From: Pristiophorus japonicus
Taxonomy: Eukaryota
Length of the DNA: 64,000 nt
Direction of reading: 5' to 3'
Assembly (NCBI RefSeq): GCF_044704955.1
Contig: NC_091999.1
Coordinates: forward strand, 26,288,001-26,352,000
The notes below the pieces were generated by a model that did no database searches, had not been told where the DNA came from, and worked only from the letters and a program-made list of their open reading frames with translations. Each line of letters starts with the position of its first letter. Positions within the stretch are counted from its first letter, which is position 1. Positions 51,401-64,000 of the stretch are shown piece after piece. The position numbers and the translations under genes are program-made.

Positions 51401-53093
51401 TATGGTCTAGAACATTGACAGATGCTGCTGCTCGTTACACTCCATTTGAGAAACAATTATTAGCATGTTATTGGGCCCTTACAGAATCAGAAGGACAGAC
51501 AGGGGACGCCAAAGTCAGTTTAAGACCAGACCTACACATATTATCCTGGGTTCTGTCAGAAAATGAGACACATAAGGTCGGGCGAGTGCAGCAAAGCTCC
51601 ATAGTGCGCTCGAAATGGTATATCGCAGACAGAGCAAGTAAAGGGAAAGAAGGAATCACCCGGCTACATGAGCATGTGGCTGAATACCCACAAACAGTTG
51701 AGAGTGAACTTACGCAGTCGTCTGTCAGTTTAACCAAAGAGTCACCGATCACCTGGGGCGTGTCTTTTGAACAGTTAACACCCGAAGAACGTAGCCATGC
51801 CTGGTTCACAGGTGGCTCAGCGGTCTGGCGAAATGGCTTTCGGCGATGGCGAGCCGCTGCCTTCAATACAAAAACCCAGACAATTGTGCATGATGAGGGC
51901 GTGGGAGGCTCCAGCCAGCAAGCAGAACTAGCAGCTGTAGTCCTTGCGTTAGAAGAGGAACAGCAACAAGTAAACATATATACTGACGCATGGGCAGTAG
52001 CCAATGGTATGGCGGGCTGAATGCGAAACTGGCATGAACATAACTGGCAAATAACTGGGAAAGACTTGTGGGGAAAATACCTATGGGAACAAATATGGTC
52101 CAAAGCCCAGAAGATGAAAATAACTGTATATCATGTGGACACTCACATGAAAAATACTTCAAAGACCTCTGAATATAATAACACCGTTGATAATATAGCC
52201 CGGGTACGGGCTGTCAAAGAGGCGGAAGAGGAAGAATATGGCATAGGCAAGTGGGTCCACCACAAATCTAGATATTTGGACATTCAGGGTACGATACAGT
52301 GGGCACGAAATAGGGGGTTACATTTGACGACGGACGGTGTTAATCAGATCATAAACACCTGTGAAATTTGTCAAAAGGTGAAGCATTTTCCCCAACAACG
52401 ACAACACGGTGCCATATTAAGAGAGGGACTCAACCAGCAGAAACATGGCAAGTTGATGATGTAGGACCTTTACCATTGCAACAACGGTTCCAATATTTGC
52501 TCATTGTTGTTGATACCTATTCTATACTTTTGTTCGCTTATCCAGTGACTAAAGCGAATCAACCAAGTACAATTAAAGGACTGGAGAATTTAATCACATA
52601 CTACAGTGAGCCGGCAGAAGTACAGTCCGATAATGGGTCGCACTTCACAGGTCAAACAGTGCAACGGTGGGCGGTAGACAACGAGATCTATTGGATGTTT
52701 CACAAACCTTACTATCCGCAAGCTGCAGGTTTAATGGAACGCAGGAATGGATTACTTAAACAACAGATTAAAATATTAACTCCCACTAACACATTGCAAG
52801 GGTGGTTAAAGATCTTACCACAAGCAGTGCGCAATCTGAATCACCGACCATTGTTGGGGGGAACTCCCATAAGCCACATGTTAGGCAAAGTTAGTGTCCC
52901 TACTATTGAAAAAGAAAATCAGACTCAGGACACAGTTTGTGAAGGAGGAAAAGTGTGGGTGCAGTACCCCCAGAAACGCTTACAAGCAGGGGAAATCTTA
53001 GTGAAAGGAGAACGAAACACTTATTGTGTGCTCCTGACGGGTCAAGATTTTCCTCTCTCTGTTGACAAGGGTAAATTGACTAAACGGGGCTGA
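48424..53093 (+). pseudogene. gag-pro-pol of class III ERV (disrupted)
   Basis: ORF fragments 48424-50044 (gag), ~50100-50410 (pro), 50404-52464 (RT/RNase H with in-frame TGA stops), 52368-53093 (IN). Confidence 0.9.
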
Positions 53094-53135
53094 ATTAATA
53101 TAATTATGATTCCTCCCACAGGAATTCTGCACAAA

Positions 53136-53561
53136 ATGGCGACTTACCAACTCGTGCTGGCCAGCCTCTGTGTCTCCTTATCTGTGACTGTGCTACTTCC
53201 ATCCTCAAACACAGCATGGGGTGGCGGATAGCTAACACTGATCGTACGCAAGACAATTACTAACCTTCCTCCCACTGTAGACCTAACTCGTTAAGCTCAA
53301 TTTCTAAAAGATAATCAAAAGGTCACTGACGAATTGAGCAAACGAGGGCGTACTCTTCATACTCTGCAAGTTGCTATGAGTTACAGTGAAAGCGCCTTGG
53401 TCAGAGTTGCGACAACTGTCACTGACCTTACGGTACACCATTGGTGGGATATCTTTTACGGATGGTCCCCAAAGACATCTGCCGCTTTGAAGCTGTTACT
53501 ACATCCTATCGTTGTTTTACTCATCGCGTTATTTCTGATATGTATGTATTCTTTGATGTAG
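53136..53561 (+). pseudogene. env: Short env-like ORF (signal peptide plus membrane-proximal region and TM)
   Basis: Acceptor ttcctcccacAG at 53121; a single frame MATYQLVLASLCVSLSV...HHWWDIFYGWSP...HPIVVLLIALFLIC with two internal stops. Confidence 0.7.
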
Positions 53562-53658
53562 ATTGTGGGCGTTGTTCGCGCATACACAATATGTAACTGA
53601 TGCACTACGCTTTCAACTCGATTATATTACTTAGAATGTCTAAATATCAAGATTGGAT

Positions 53659-54188
53659 TGTATTGTATAGGGTTAATCACATAGGGTTAATTATGATATT
53701 CCGACACTTACAGTGTGTATTCTGCTTCATGCCTCGTGGAATGTTGTTGATCCAGAGAGAGAGAGAGACCTTGATGCGCACACCATCTTGTTTATGGGAC
53801 GATCAGCGCCTCGAGGCCTCATGCTTTGTGGAAGAAAAGCTGGGGACTTACAGATTAGGAGTTGTCCATAAGCCACATGCACCCATGTTTATTCAATAGT
53901 ATAAAGGAACGGAACTGACCAGTAGCTCTTTGAATTTCACCTTAGACCATGATTCGCGAGTGGTGCCGGGACCCCTAAGGCTCCAGACCAGCCGTCGTTG
54001 CGGAGTTCCCGACGGGCCGAAGGCCGTGACCTTTGTTGCATCTTATCATACTTCCCTTTTCTTCGTAAACTCTATGATGTTTCCTTTCTCTCAGTAAATG
54101 GTGTTTTATCTTTACTTCATTTGTCTTGTCTCTTATTTAACATTCATCCAGATCCCGAATCTGGATCTATTATTATCGATCCAAAACA
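53659..54188 (+). repeat. 3' LTR
   Basis: TGTATTGTATAGGG...GATCCAAAACA. Confidence 0.92.
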
Positions 54189-56710
54189 CATGCTCGCACA
54201 AGTCTTTTACACAGGTTATAGAATACAAGCAGCTTGTTGGAGCATAAAATGTTTCTGGCTTTCTCAAAAACAATTACTTGTTTTTTTCCCCCATACCCAG
54301 TTCTCACCTTTACGCAATAACACATGTAGGGGCTCTAAGAGGGTGCTTAACCCGGTAGGAAGTTGCCAAAATAGTTGAGAAGTCCCAGGAACGACCTCAG
54401 CTCCATGATGTTCTGTTGCCTGGGCGCGTTCCTGATCGCCTCAGTCTTGACGTCTGTGGGCCGAATGCCGTCCGCCGCGATCTTTCTCCCCAGAAACTCC
54501 ACTTCTGTTGCCATGAAAACGCATTTCGACCTCTTCAGCCGCAGCCCTACGCGATCCATTCGCTGGAGGACCCCCTCTAGGTTTGTAGGTGCTCCACAGT
54601 GTCCCGATCCATGACCAATATGTCGTCCTGAAAGACCACTGTGCATGGTACTGACTTGAGTAGGCTCTCCATGTTTCTCTGGAAGATCGCTGCAGCCAAC
54701 CGAATTCCAAACGGGCATCTGTTGGAGATGAACAGTCCCTTGTGCGTGTTGATGCAGGTGAGGCCCTTCGAAGACTCCTCCAACTCCTGCGTCATGTAGG
54801 CCGAAGTCAGGTCGAGCTTGGTGTACGTCTTGCCTCCTGTCAGCGTCGCAAATAGGTAGTCTGCCTTAGATAGTGGGTATTGGTCCTGTAGCGAGAAATA
54901 ATTAATAGTTACTTTATAATCGCCACAAATCGTGACCGTGCCATCACTTTGGAACAATCGGGCTGGCCCACTCACTGAATTCCACTGGGGAGATGATGTC
55001 CTCGCGTTGCAGCATGTCCAACTCGATTTCCACTCTCTCCCTCATCATGTGAGGTACCGCTCGCAGCTTGTAGTGAATGGGCCGTACCTCTGGGACCAAG
55101 TGGATGAGCACCTTCGCCCCGGTAAAAATGTCTAATGCCTGGCTCAAAAAGGGAAGGATATTTTTAAGAACCTGGCTACATGAGGCCTCATCGACATGTG
55201 ATAGCGCTCGGATGTCATCCCAGTTCCAGCGGATTTTGCCCAGCCAACTCCTTCCAAGCAGTGTGGGGCCATCGCCCGGGACAATCCAGAGTGGCAGTTC
55301 ATGCACCGTGCCCTCATAGGTGACCTTGACCATGGCGCTGCGCAGGACAGTGATGAGCTCTTTGGTGTACGTTCTCAGTTTCGTGTGCATGGGGCTCAGG
55401 GCTGGTATGAGTGCCTTGTTGAACCACAGTCTCTCAAACATCTTTTTACCCATGATGGATTGGCAAGCGCCAGTGTCCAGTTCCATGGCTACGGGTAACC
55501 CATTCAATTTTACATTTAGCATTATAGGTGGACATTTTGTCGAAAATATGTACAGCCCGTGTACTTCAGCATCTGCCTCCTCTCTCTGAGGCTCGAAATT
55601 GCTTTTATCCACCATGGACCGATCTTCCTCTGCCACGTGGTGGTCAGCAGGTTTTGCAGAGCTTGCAGCTCGTCTGCAAGCTCGTTGGAGCAGCCCCATT
55701 GTTCCACAGCTGTTGCAAACATACCCTTTGGAGCGGCATGAATAGGCTGAATGGAAGCCTCCACAACGCCAACAAGGTGTGAATTACCTTGCATTGATCC
55801 TTTGTTGCGGACTCTGAGTCATCTGGGTCACCTGAGGCCTTCTGGCAATTGCAAACACGTGGTTTCTGCCCTGTACATTTCTGCTCACAAACACAGTTCC
55901 AATTAATTTGTGAACATTGATAGCACTTGTGTGCTGAGAGATTTGTTTGGTGTTATCACTGACGGACATAAACGCCTGTGCTATTTCAATGGCCTTACTG
56001 AGGGTCGGTGTCTCTAAAGTCAAAAGTTTTCGTCAGATGGTCTCGTGGCCAATGCCCAGTACAAAAAAGTCTCCGAGCAGCTGCTCCAGGTAGCCATCAT
56101 ATTCACATTGTCCTGCAAGTCGCCTTAGCTCGGCGATGTAGCTCGCCACTTCCTGACCTTCAGATCGCTGGCACATGTAGAACCGATATCACGCCATCAG
56201 CACGCTCTCCCTCGGGTTAAGATGCTCCCGAACCAGTGTACACAGCTCCTCATACGACTTATCTGTGAGTTTGACTGAAGCCAGAAGATTCTTCATGAGG
56301 CTGTAGGTCGGTGCCCCGCAAACCGTGAGGAGGTCTGCTCTCCTTTTCGCAGCGCCTCCTTCTCCGTCCAGCTCATTGGCTACAAAGTAATGGTTTAGCC
56401 GTTCGACATAGGCTTCCTAGTTCCCATCCTCCAAGACCTTCTCCAGGACGCCAACAGTTTGCTGCATCTTTCCATTGGATTTGCATACTCGTCGCCAGTT
56501 ATTGTGTTCCTAACAGAGATGAGACTGCACACAGGGAGGTTAAAGTAACAGTGACCTCAGTCTTTATTAAGGCATTCCAGAATGAGGAACAGGCCTTAGG
56601 GGCCGGCTTATGTACAGTGCTCCCAAGGGATGCTGGGATCCCTTGGGACTTCAGGGGATGTGCTCCCTGTTGGCAGAACATGGGAGTGCATGCTTTACAG
56701 ATGCACAACA
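54189..56710 (-). mobile_element. Gypsy/Ty3 LTR retrotransposon, 5' half only
   Basis: 5' LTR 56500-56710, PBS TGGCGACGAG (56488-56497, tRNA-Ser-like), gag with CCHC-like knuckles, protease MELDTGA, RT FQDDILV, ELRSFLGLLNYF; cut at the start of RNase H by the ERV LTR. Confidence 0.92.
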
Positions 56711-57555
56711 CACCCCTCCCCCAACTCGGGCTCCCACCCCTCCTCTCCCCAACTCGGGCTCTCTCCCAGCTCAACTCGGGCTCCCTACCCTCCCCCCACA
56801 ACTCGGGCTCCCTCCCCTCCCACCCACCACACTCTGGCTCGGGCTCCCTCCCCTCCCGACTTGGGCTCCTTCACCCTCCCCTCTCCTACCGACTCGGGCT
56901 CCTACATCCTCCCCTCCCCCCCGACTCGAGCTATCACCACACCCCCCCCCCCGCAACTCAGGCTACTCCTCTCCCCCACAACTGGCGCTTCTCACCTCCC
57001 CCAATTGGGGTTCCTCCCCAGCCCCCAACTCGGGCTCCTCTCCTCCCCACAACTCAGGCTCCTCCCCTTCCCCCTCTCCCCAAATAACTTGGGCTCCCCC
57101 CTCCCCCACTCCCCCAACTCGGGCTCTCCCCCTCCCTCACCCTCTCCCCCAACACGGGCTCTCCCCCTCCCTCTCTCCCCCAACTCTGGCTCTCCCCCTC
57201 TTCCCCAACTCGGGCTCTCCCCCTCCACCTCTCCCTCAACTCGGGCTCCCCCTCCCCCTCTCCCCAAACTCGGGCTCCCCGTCCCTCTCTCCCCCAACAC
57301 GGGCTTTCCTCCTCCCCCTCCCCCGCAATTCGGGCTCCCCCCTCCCCCTCAATCGGGCTCTAACCATCTACCCCAACTCGGGCTCTTCCCCTCCCCCTCT
57401 CCCCCAACTTGTGCTCTCCCCATCCCCCCTCCCCAACTCAGGCTCTCCCTCTCCACCCCTCTCCCCCAACTCGTTCTTTCTCCCTCCCCCTCTCCCCCAA
57501 CTCCGGCTCCCCCAACCCCGTCTCTCCCCCTCCCCCAACTCGGGCTCGCCCCCTC
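56711..57555 (+). repeat. C-rich variable-length minisatellite (ccccaactcgggct core)
   Basis: About 30 cores separated by pyrimidine runs; G-quadruplex-prone on the minus strand. Confidence 0.9.
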
Positions 57556-57558
57556 CCA

Positions 57559-58040
57559 CCTGAAGGTACTGACTCTTTCTGGGTTCAGTTCTACACTCAC
57601 TGGTTCCCCTCCCCTGAAGGTACTGGCTCTGGCTGGGTTCAGTTCTACACTCACTGGCTTCCCTCCCCTGAAGGTACTGACTCTGGCTGGGTTCAGTTCT
57701 ACTCTCACTAATTCCCTTCCCCTGAAGGTGCTGACTCTGGCTGGGTTCAGTTTTACACTCACTGGCTCCCCTCCCCTGAATGTACTGACTCTGGCTGGGT
57801 TCAATTCTACACTCACTGGTTCCCTTCCCCTGAAGGTACTGACTCTGGCGGGGTTCAGTTCTACTCTCACTAGTTCCCTTCCCCTGATGGTGCTGACTCT
57901 GGCTGGGTTCAGTTCTACACTCACTGGTTCCCCTCCCCTGAAGGTGCTGGATCTGGCTGGGTTCAGTTCTACACTCACTGGTTCCCCTCCCCTGAAGGTA
58001 CTGACTCTGGCTGGGGTCAGTTCTACACTCACTGGTTCCT
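57559..58040 (+). repeat. 54-bp minisatellite (cctgaaggtactgactctggctgggttcagttctacactcactggttcccctcc), ~9 units
   Basis: 18-aa periodicity in the spurious ORF; a 63-bp variant occurs at 63440-63655. Confidence 0.92.
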
Positions 58041-58239
58041 CACTGTTTGTGAAATGCTCCTGACACTTTATTAAACACACACAGCAGAAGCCCATGAATG
58101 TGATGCGAGATCACTGACTCATGAACAGCCAGCAGTGTGGAGCCTCCTGAGGATTCGATCCCTTTACGGCCAGTATTTACAGGAGCTGGGACACGGGAAA
58201 TGATACATTTGTTCACTAAAAATAGTAATGTCTAATTAA

Positions 58240-59350
58240 TTTACAGACGCTCCCTGACCAATCCCCATTTTCCCTCCATTTGCACACGCTCCCTGACCGG
58301 TCCCCATTTCTCCATTTACGGACACTCCCTGTCCAGTCCCCATTTCTACCCCATTTACAGATGCTTCCTGACCAGTCCCCATTTCTCCTCCATTTACAGA
58401 CGCTCCCTAACCGGTCCCCATTTCTCCATTTACAGACACTACCTGACCGGTCCTCATTTCTCCTCCATTTACAGACACTCCCTGACCGGTCCTCATTTCT
58501 CCACCATTTACAGACACTCCCTGATCAGTCCCCATTCCTCCTCCATTTACAGATGCTCCCTGACCAGTCACCATTTCTCCATTTACGGACGCTCCCTAAC
58601 CAGTTGCTATTTCTCCTCCATTTACAGACACTCCCTGACACTCCCCATTTCTCCTCCATTTACAGACGCTCCCTAACCGGTCCCCATTTACAGACACTCC
58701 CTGACCGGTCCTCATTTCTCCTCCATTTAAAGACACTCCCTGACCGGTCCTCATTTCTCCTCCATTTATAGACACTCCCTGACCAGTCCTCATTTCTCCT
58801 CCATTTACAGACACTCACTGATCAGTCCCCATTCCTCCTTCATTTACAGATGCTCCCTGACCAGTCCCCATTTCTCCATTTACGGACGCTCCCTGACCAG
58901 TTGCTATTTCTCCTCCATTTACAGACACTCCCTGACCAGTCCCCATTTCTCCTCCATTTACAGACACTCCCTGACCAGTCCCCATTTCTCCTCCATTTAC
59001 AGACACTCCCTGACCAGTCCCCATTTCTCCCCCATTTACAGACACTCCCTGACCAGTCCCCATTTCTCCTCCATTTACAGACACTCCCTGACCAGTACCC
59101 ATTTCTCCTCCATTTACAGACACTTCCTGGCCACTCCCCATTTCTCCTCCATTTACAGACACACCCTGACCAGTCCCCATTTCTCCTCCATTTACAGACA
59201 CGCCGTGACCAGTCCCCATTTCTCCTCCATTTACAGACACTCCCTGACCCCTCCCCATTTCTCCTCCATTTACAGACGCTCCCTGACCAGTCCCCATTTC
59301 TCCTCCATTGACAGACACTCCCTGACCAGTCCCCATTTATCCCCCAGTTG
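58240..59350 (+). repeat. 39-bp minisatellite (ccatttacagacactccctgaccagtccccatttctcct)
   Basis: 13-aa periodicity LHLQTLPDQSPFL; about 29 units. Confidence 0.93.
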
Positions 59351-59609
59351 CAGACACTTCCTGACTCGCTGGGGATTTCCCAGCACTTCCTGGTGGTCCC
59401 AGAGTCTGTGTCTGAAACTGGCGGGTGGTGGTGAGGCGGCGGATAATGCGGAGTGTTGTCTCTTAAACTCCAGGAGGAAACGGGACCTTTGTGTTGTGGC
59501 TTTAAACAGATGGAACCCTGTGGGGTGGAGCAAACATTGCATCATCTGTTAGTGAAATGGATTCATTCAGGACAGGCAGCAGGGTTTCAGGAAATCACAC
59601 AGTGCAGTG

Positions 59610-60360
59610 AGAAAGGAAATAAATGTTGTGTAGATGGATTGTCAAAAGGTGTTCGATAAGGATGCCGGACAGGAGGCTTGTTGATCAAATTAAGGCTCAC
59701 AGTATTAAAGGGAGTGGGGCAGCATGGAAAGGAAGTTGGGTCAAGGGCAGAAAACAGAGAGTGGCGGTTAATGGAGGTTCTTCAGACTGGGGGGATGTAA
59801 ACAGTGGTGTCCCCAGGATAAGTGTTGGGACCATTGCTCTGCTCAATATAGAGAAATGATCTGGGCTTGGGTATATGGGGCACATGATCAAAATCTCCAG
59901 GGAACACCAAAAAGGGCTCATGGCTAACTGTGAAGAGGAGTTTAAGTGCCTTCATTGTCAATACACAGGTTAATAATTGGGCAGGTAGATCTGAAATGAA
60001 AGTTAATGCAGAGAAATGTGCTGCGATATATTTCGGGAGGAAGAAAAAGGGAGGAAATGTATATTAAATGGTAAAACTTTCAATGGAGTAGAGGAGCAGA
60101 GAGATTTAGGGTTTTAGGATTCCAGCTAATTCCATGTCTTATTGAGGATCGAGAGACGAGTGTTAGAACACAAGAACATAAGAAATCGGAGCAGGAGTAG
60201 GCCATCTGGCTCCTCGAGCCTGCTCCGTCATTCAATAAGATCATGGCTGATCTAATCCTGGCCTCAAATCCACTTCCCTGCCCGCTCCCCATAACCCTTC
60301 ACTCCCTGATCGCTCAAAAATATGTCTATCTCCACCTTAAATATATTCAATGATTATTAT
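59610..60360. mobile_element. CR1 fragments (+ RT piece, then - 3' end)
   Basis: W.KGRKQRVAVNG...SGVP translation; acaagaacataagaa tail at ~60170. Confidence 0.75.
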
Positions 60361-61609
60361 GAGAAACATTAATATTTTAAGAAATATAACTTGAGCAGAT
60401 TCTCTGTGCTCTACCACATCAGAGTAAAGATGCAAGTCCCGCGTGTCCACAGTAACTGGATTGAACCTCGGGTGCCCTGAGCTTGATCTACGGTGTCTCT
60501 AGTCCCCACTGTCCTCTTACATCAGTCACTCCTCACTTTTATACCCTGCACTGATCCACCTCTGGCACTGGACTCTTCTTTGTCTTGTCTGCTGGGTTTG
60601 GGCAGGATACGAGGAAAAGATAGCTGGAACGTCTCTAATCCGTGATTTACAAGGACACTTTCCCTGGTTCCCAGCAGTTACTTTTCTTCAGTAATTTTCT
60701 CATTATCCCTAAACTCCCCTGCCTGCTGTTAGTTGTTAGTTCTTATAGTTTCACAATTATAGGTATAAGCATCACGCGTTATATTCTAATCTATTGTGTT
60801 ACTCACTCTTGTTTAAGCTTACATTCTGGTTACTCACAGACAAACCCTGTTCATTCCCCGAGCTGATTACAGATTGCAACAGTGAGTTCAGTGAATGGAA
60901 TGTCTGATCAGTGTTGTCAAGGTGACCTGTCTGCAGTGAATCGATTGTTTGAGTTTCTAACTCAGACTAAACTTATCTTTCCCATGATGCTCATTGAAAT
61001 CAAAGTCAATGTATTTTAGCCATTTTATGTTGATAACGTGGTTAAAGAAGCACATGGGGTCCTATGGTTTATAAATAGGGGTGTGGAGTACAAAAGGGCA
61101 GAGGTCATGTAAACCTGCACAAATCATTGGTTAGGCTGCAGTTCGAGTATTGTGTCAGGTTTTGGGGATCTTACACCAGGAAGGATATCGAGCCCATGGA
61201 GAGGGTGCAGAGTGATTCACTGAGATAATACCAGGGAAGAGAGGCTTTAGTTAACAGGGCAGATTGGAGAAACTGGGACTCTTTTCATTAGAACAAAGGG
61301 TCATTGGAGATCTGAGGGAGGTGTTCAAAGTTTGATCGGTATGTGACGAAAAACTATTTCCACCAGTCGGTGAGTCAGCAACTCGAGGGCATCAAATTCA
61401 AATCATCACCAAAAGGCTCAGACCCAGGGGTGAGCTATCGAACACACTGTACAACAATGTTCGGGACACTCACTGGCTCTCCGGATCTGTGTCCAGGGGA
61501 GGAACTGATGGGTTTTCCTTATCTTTGGCTTAATTGATGTTCTCATCGAGGTGATGGATGTCAGTGTTTGGGAAAGGGTCATTCTGAGCACCTTGTGTCT
61601 GCCTAAAGC

Positions 61610-61835
61610 ACTTCCAGGGCAGGTAAAGCACGGGGTTAGATACAGAGTAAAGCTCTCTCTACACTTTCCCAACAAACATTCCCAGGGCAGGTACAGCACG
61701 GGTTAGATACAGAGTAAAGCTCTCTCTACACGGTCCCATCAAAACTCCCAGGACAGGTACAGTACTGGTTAGATACAGTGTAAAGCTACCTCTACACTGT
61801 CCCATCAAACACTCCTAGGACAGGTACTGCACAGG
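61610..61835 (-). repeat. ~65-bp minisatellite, inverted orientation
   Basis: (cccagggcaggtacagcacgggttagatacagagtaaagctctctctacactgtcccatcaaacact)n. Confidence 0.85.
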
Positions 61836-62324
61836 ATTGCTGCAATGTCAGTGTTGCCATCTTTCACATGAGTCGTTCAACCGAGGCCCCATCAGCTCTC
61901 AACCAATATCACTCAAACAGATTCTCTGGCCATTGCTGTTCATTGCAGCTTGCTTTGTGCAAATCATCTGCTGCATTTCCTATACTACAACAGTGAATGC
62001 ACTTCAAATGTACTTTGGTGTTGTTGCACTTCATTGGCTGTAAAGCACTTTGAGGTCATGTGAGGTGCTGCATAAGGGCAGGTCTTTGTTAAATGAAGGA
62101 GAAAAGATCCAAAAAAGGAACAGTTAGTAACAGGACAACAATTAGTCGCCACTTATATTGGAGAAGTCAAGGAATCGACACACTGTGTGTTGGAACCAAA
62201 GCTGATTTATTTGTCAGATATCCAGAACATTAAATCCTGCCCAGTTACAGGGGAAACACAGCCCGACTGTCAAAATGAACACGATTCAGTCCTGATGTGA
62301 TCACAGCATAATTGAACCCTGCAG

Positions 62325-63114
<790 letters not shown>

Positions 63115-63439
63115 TTAAAGCTCTTTCCAAAGGCAGTGCCATGGAACACTCTCACCCGGCTGTGTGTGTCTCAGTGATTTTGCAGTTACACTGATGTTTG
63201 GAATATTTGCCTGCAGGCAGAACAGACAAATATTTCTCCTTCCACTTTCAAAGGCCGATGATATTCATGTTGCGGTGGATCAAGTGACTCTGTGAGATCT
63301 TGGTGATGTTTGGTTCCAGTTTCCCATCTGCAAATCTTCCCCTTCTAATCCCCTGAAAAAGGAGTTTACAAAAGTCATCCCTACTCCCCATGCTGAAATC
63401 CAAACCCATTACTTCATTGCCAACATTTATTCCTTCATG

Positions 63440-63655
63440 CTGAAGGTATTGACTCTGGCTGGGTTCAGTTCTACACTCACTAGGTCCTCTCCCTCTCCTC
63501 CCCTGAAGGTGCTGACTCTGGTTGGATTCAGTTCTACACTCACTGGTTCCCCTCCCTCTCCTCCCGTGAAGGTGCTGACTCTGGCTGGGTTCAGTTCTAC
63601 ACTCACTGGTTCCCCTCCCTCTCCTCCGCTGAAGGTGCTGACTCTGGCTAGGTTC
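63440..63655 (+). repeat. 63-bp variant of the 54-bp minisatellite
   Basis: About 3.5 units, in the ZNF intron. Confidence 0.85.
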
Positions 63656-63915
63656 TAGTTAGGCCACAGCTAGAGTACTGTGTGCAGTTCTGGTCACCAC
63701 ATTACAATTAAGATGTGATTGCACCACTCAGGGTACAAAGATTTACGAGGATGTTGCCTGGACCTGAGAATTTTAGCTATGAGGACAGATTGGATAGACT
63801 GGGGTTGTTTGTTTCGGAAAAGAGGACGCTGAGCGGAGACCTCACTGAGGTGTATAAAATTATGAGGGGCCTAGATAGAGTGGATAGGAAGGACCTATTG
63901 GCCTTAGCAGAGGTG
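63656..63915 (+). mobile_element. CR1 fragment
   Basis: RPQLEYCVQFWSPH...QRFTRMLPG...LSGDLTEVYKIMRGLDRVD. Confidence 0.85.
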
Positions 63916-63917
63916 TC

Positions 63918-64000
63918 AGCTGTGGCTCAGTGAGTCAGAAGGTTGTGGGTTCAAGTCCCACTCCAGAGACTTGAGCACAAAAAATCTAGGCTGACACTCC
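63918..64000 (+). mobile_element. Deu-SINE tRNA-derived head (runs off the window)
   Basis: gtggctcagtg...ggttcaagtcccactccagagacttgagc with A-box and B-box-like motifs. Confidence 0.7.

Larger units (their letters stand above)
47856..54188 (+). mobile_element. Class III (ERV-S/ERV-L-like) endogenous retrovirus, two LTRs, defective
   Basis: LTR, tRNA-Ser PBS, gag, pro (LLDTGA), RT (YNSPVW, LPQGY, YIDD), RNase H, IN (VQSDNGSHF, PQAAGLMER), env remnant, LTR; several stops and frameshifts. Confidence 0.93.

Noticed and set aside
56551-59336. Long ORFs (up to 477 aa) with Pro-rich or periodic sequence
   Set aside because: Translations of minisatellites open in several frames and both strands; no domain or splice evidence
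63918-64000. tRNA gene
   Set aside because: A/B-box-like sequence is a SINE head; no cloverleaf

Overview
Vertebrate genomic DNA, almost certainly from a cartilaginous fish (shark-type IgM, shark-type CR1 LINEs and Deu-SINEs). The core is one complete, apparently intact IgM heavy-chain cluster on the + strand (27.8-44.6 kb): leader, VH, one D, JH, Cmu1-Cmu4 with secretory tail, TM1 and TM2. All exons are open and splice in phase. The most unusual feature is its RSS layout. The usual elasmobranch plan is V-23 / 12-D1-22 / 12-D2-12 / 23-J. This cluster has V-23 / 12-D-22 / 12-J: D2 is absent and a full-length JH sits directly behind a 12-bp-spacer RSS. Direct V-to-J joining therefore obeys the 12/23 rule, and a 2-nt microhomology would give an in-frame CARYAMDYW junction. 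The flanks are repeat-dense. They contain 27-, ~65-, 38-, ~24-, 41-, 54- and 39-bp minisatellites, many CR1 fragments and a ~4-kb segmental duplication. They also contain a 5'-truncated class I ERV (8.1-13.0 kb, -), a two-LTR class III/ERV-S-like provirus with a 'mini-env' and mismatched flanks (47.9-54.2 kb, +), a half Gypsy element (54.2-56.7 kb, -), CpG-type promoters, a C2H2 zinc-finger pseudogene (62.3-63.0 kb, -) and one assembly gap. All calls were made by eye without database searches; repeat boundaries are approximate.
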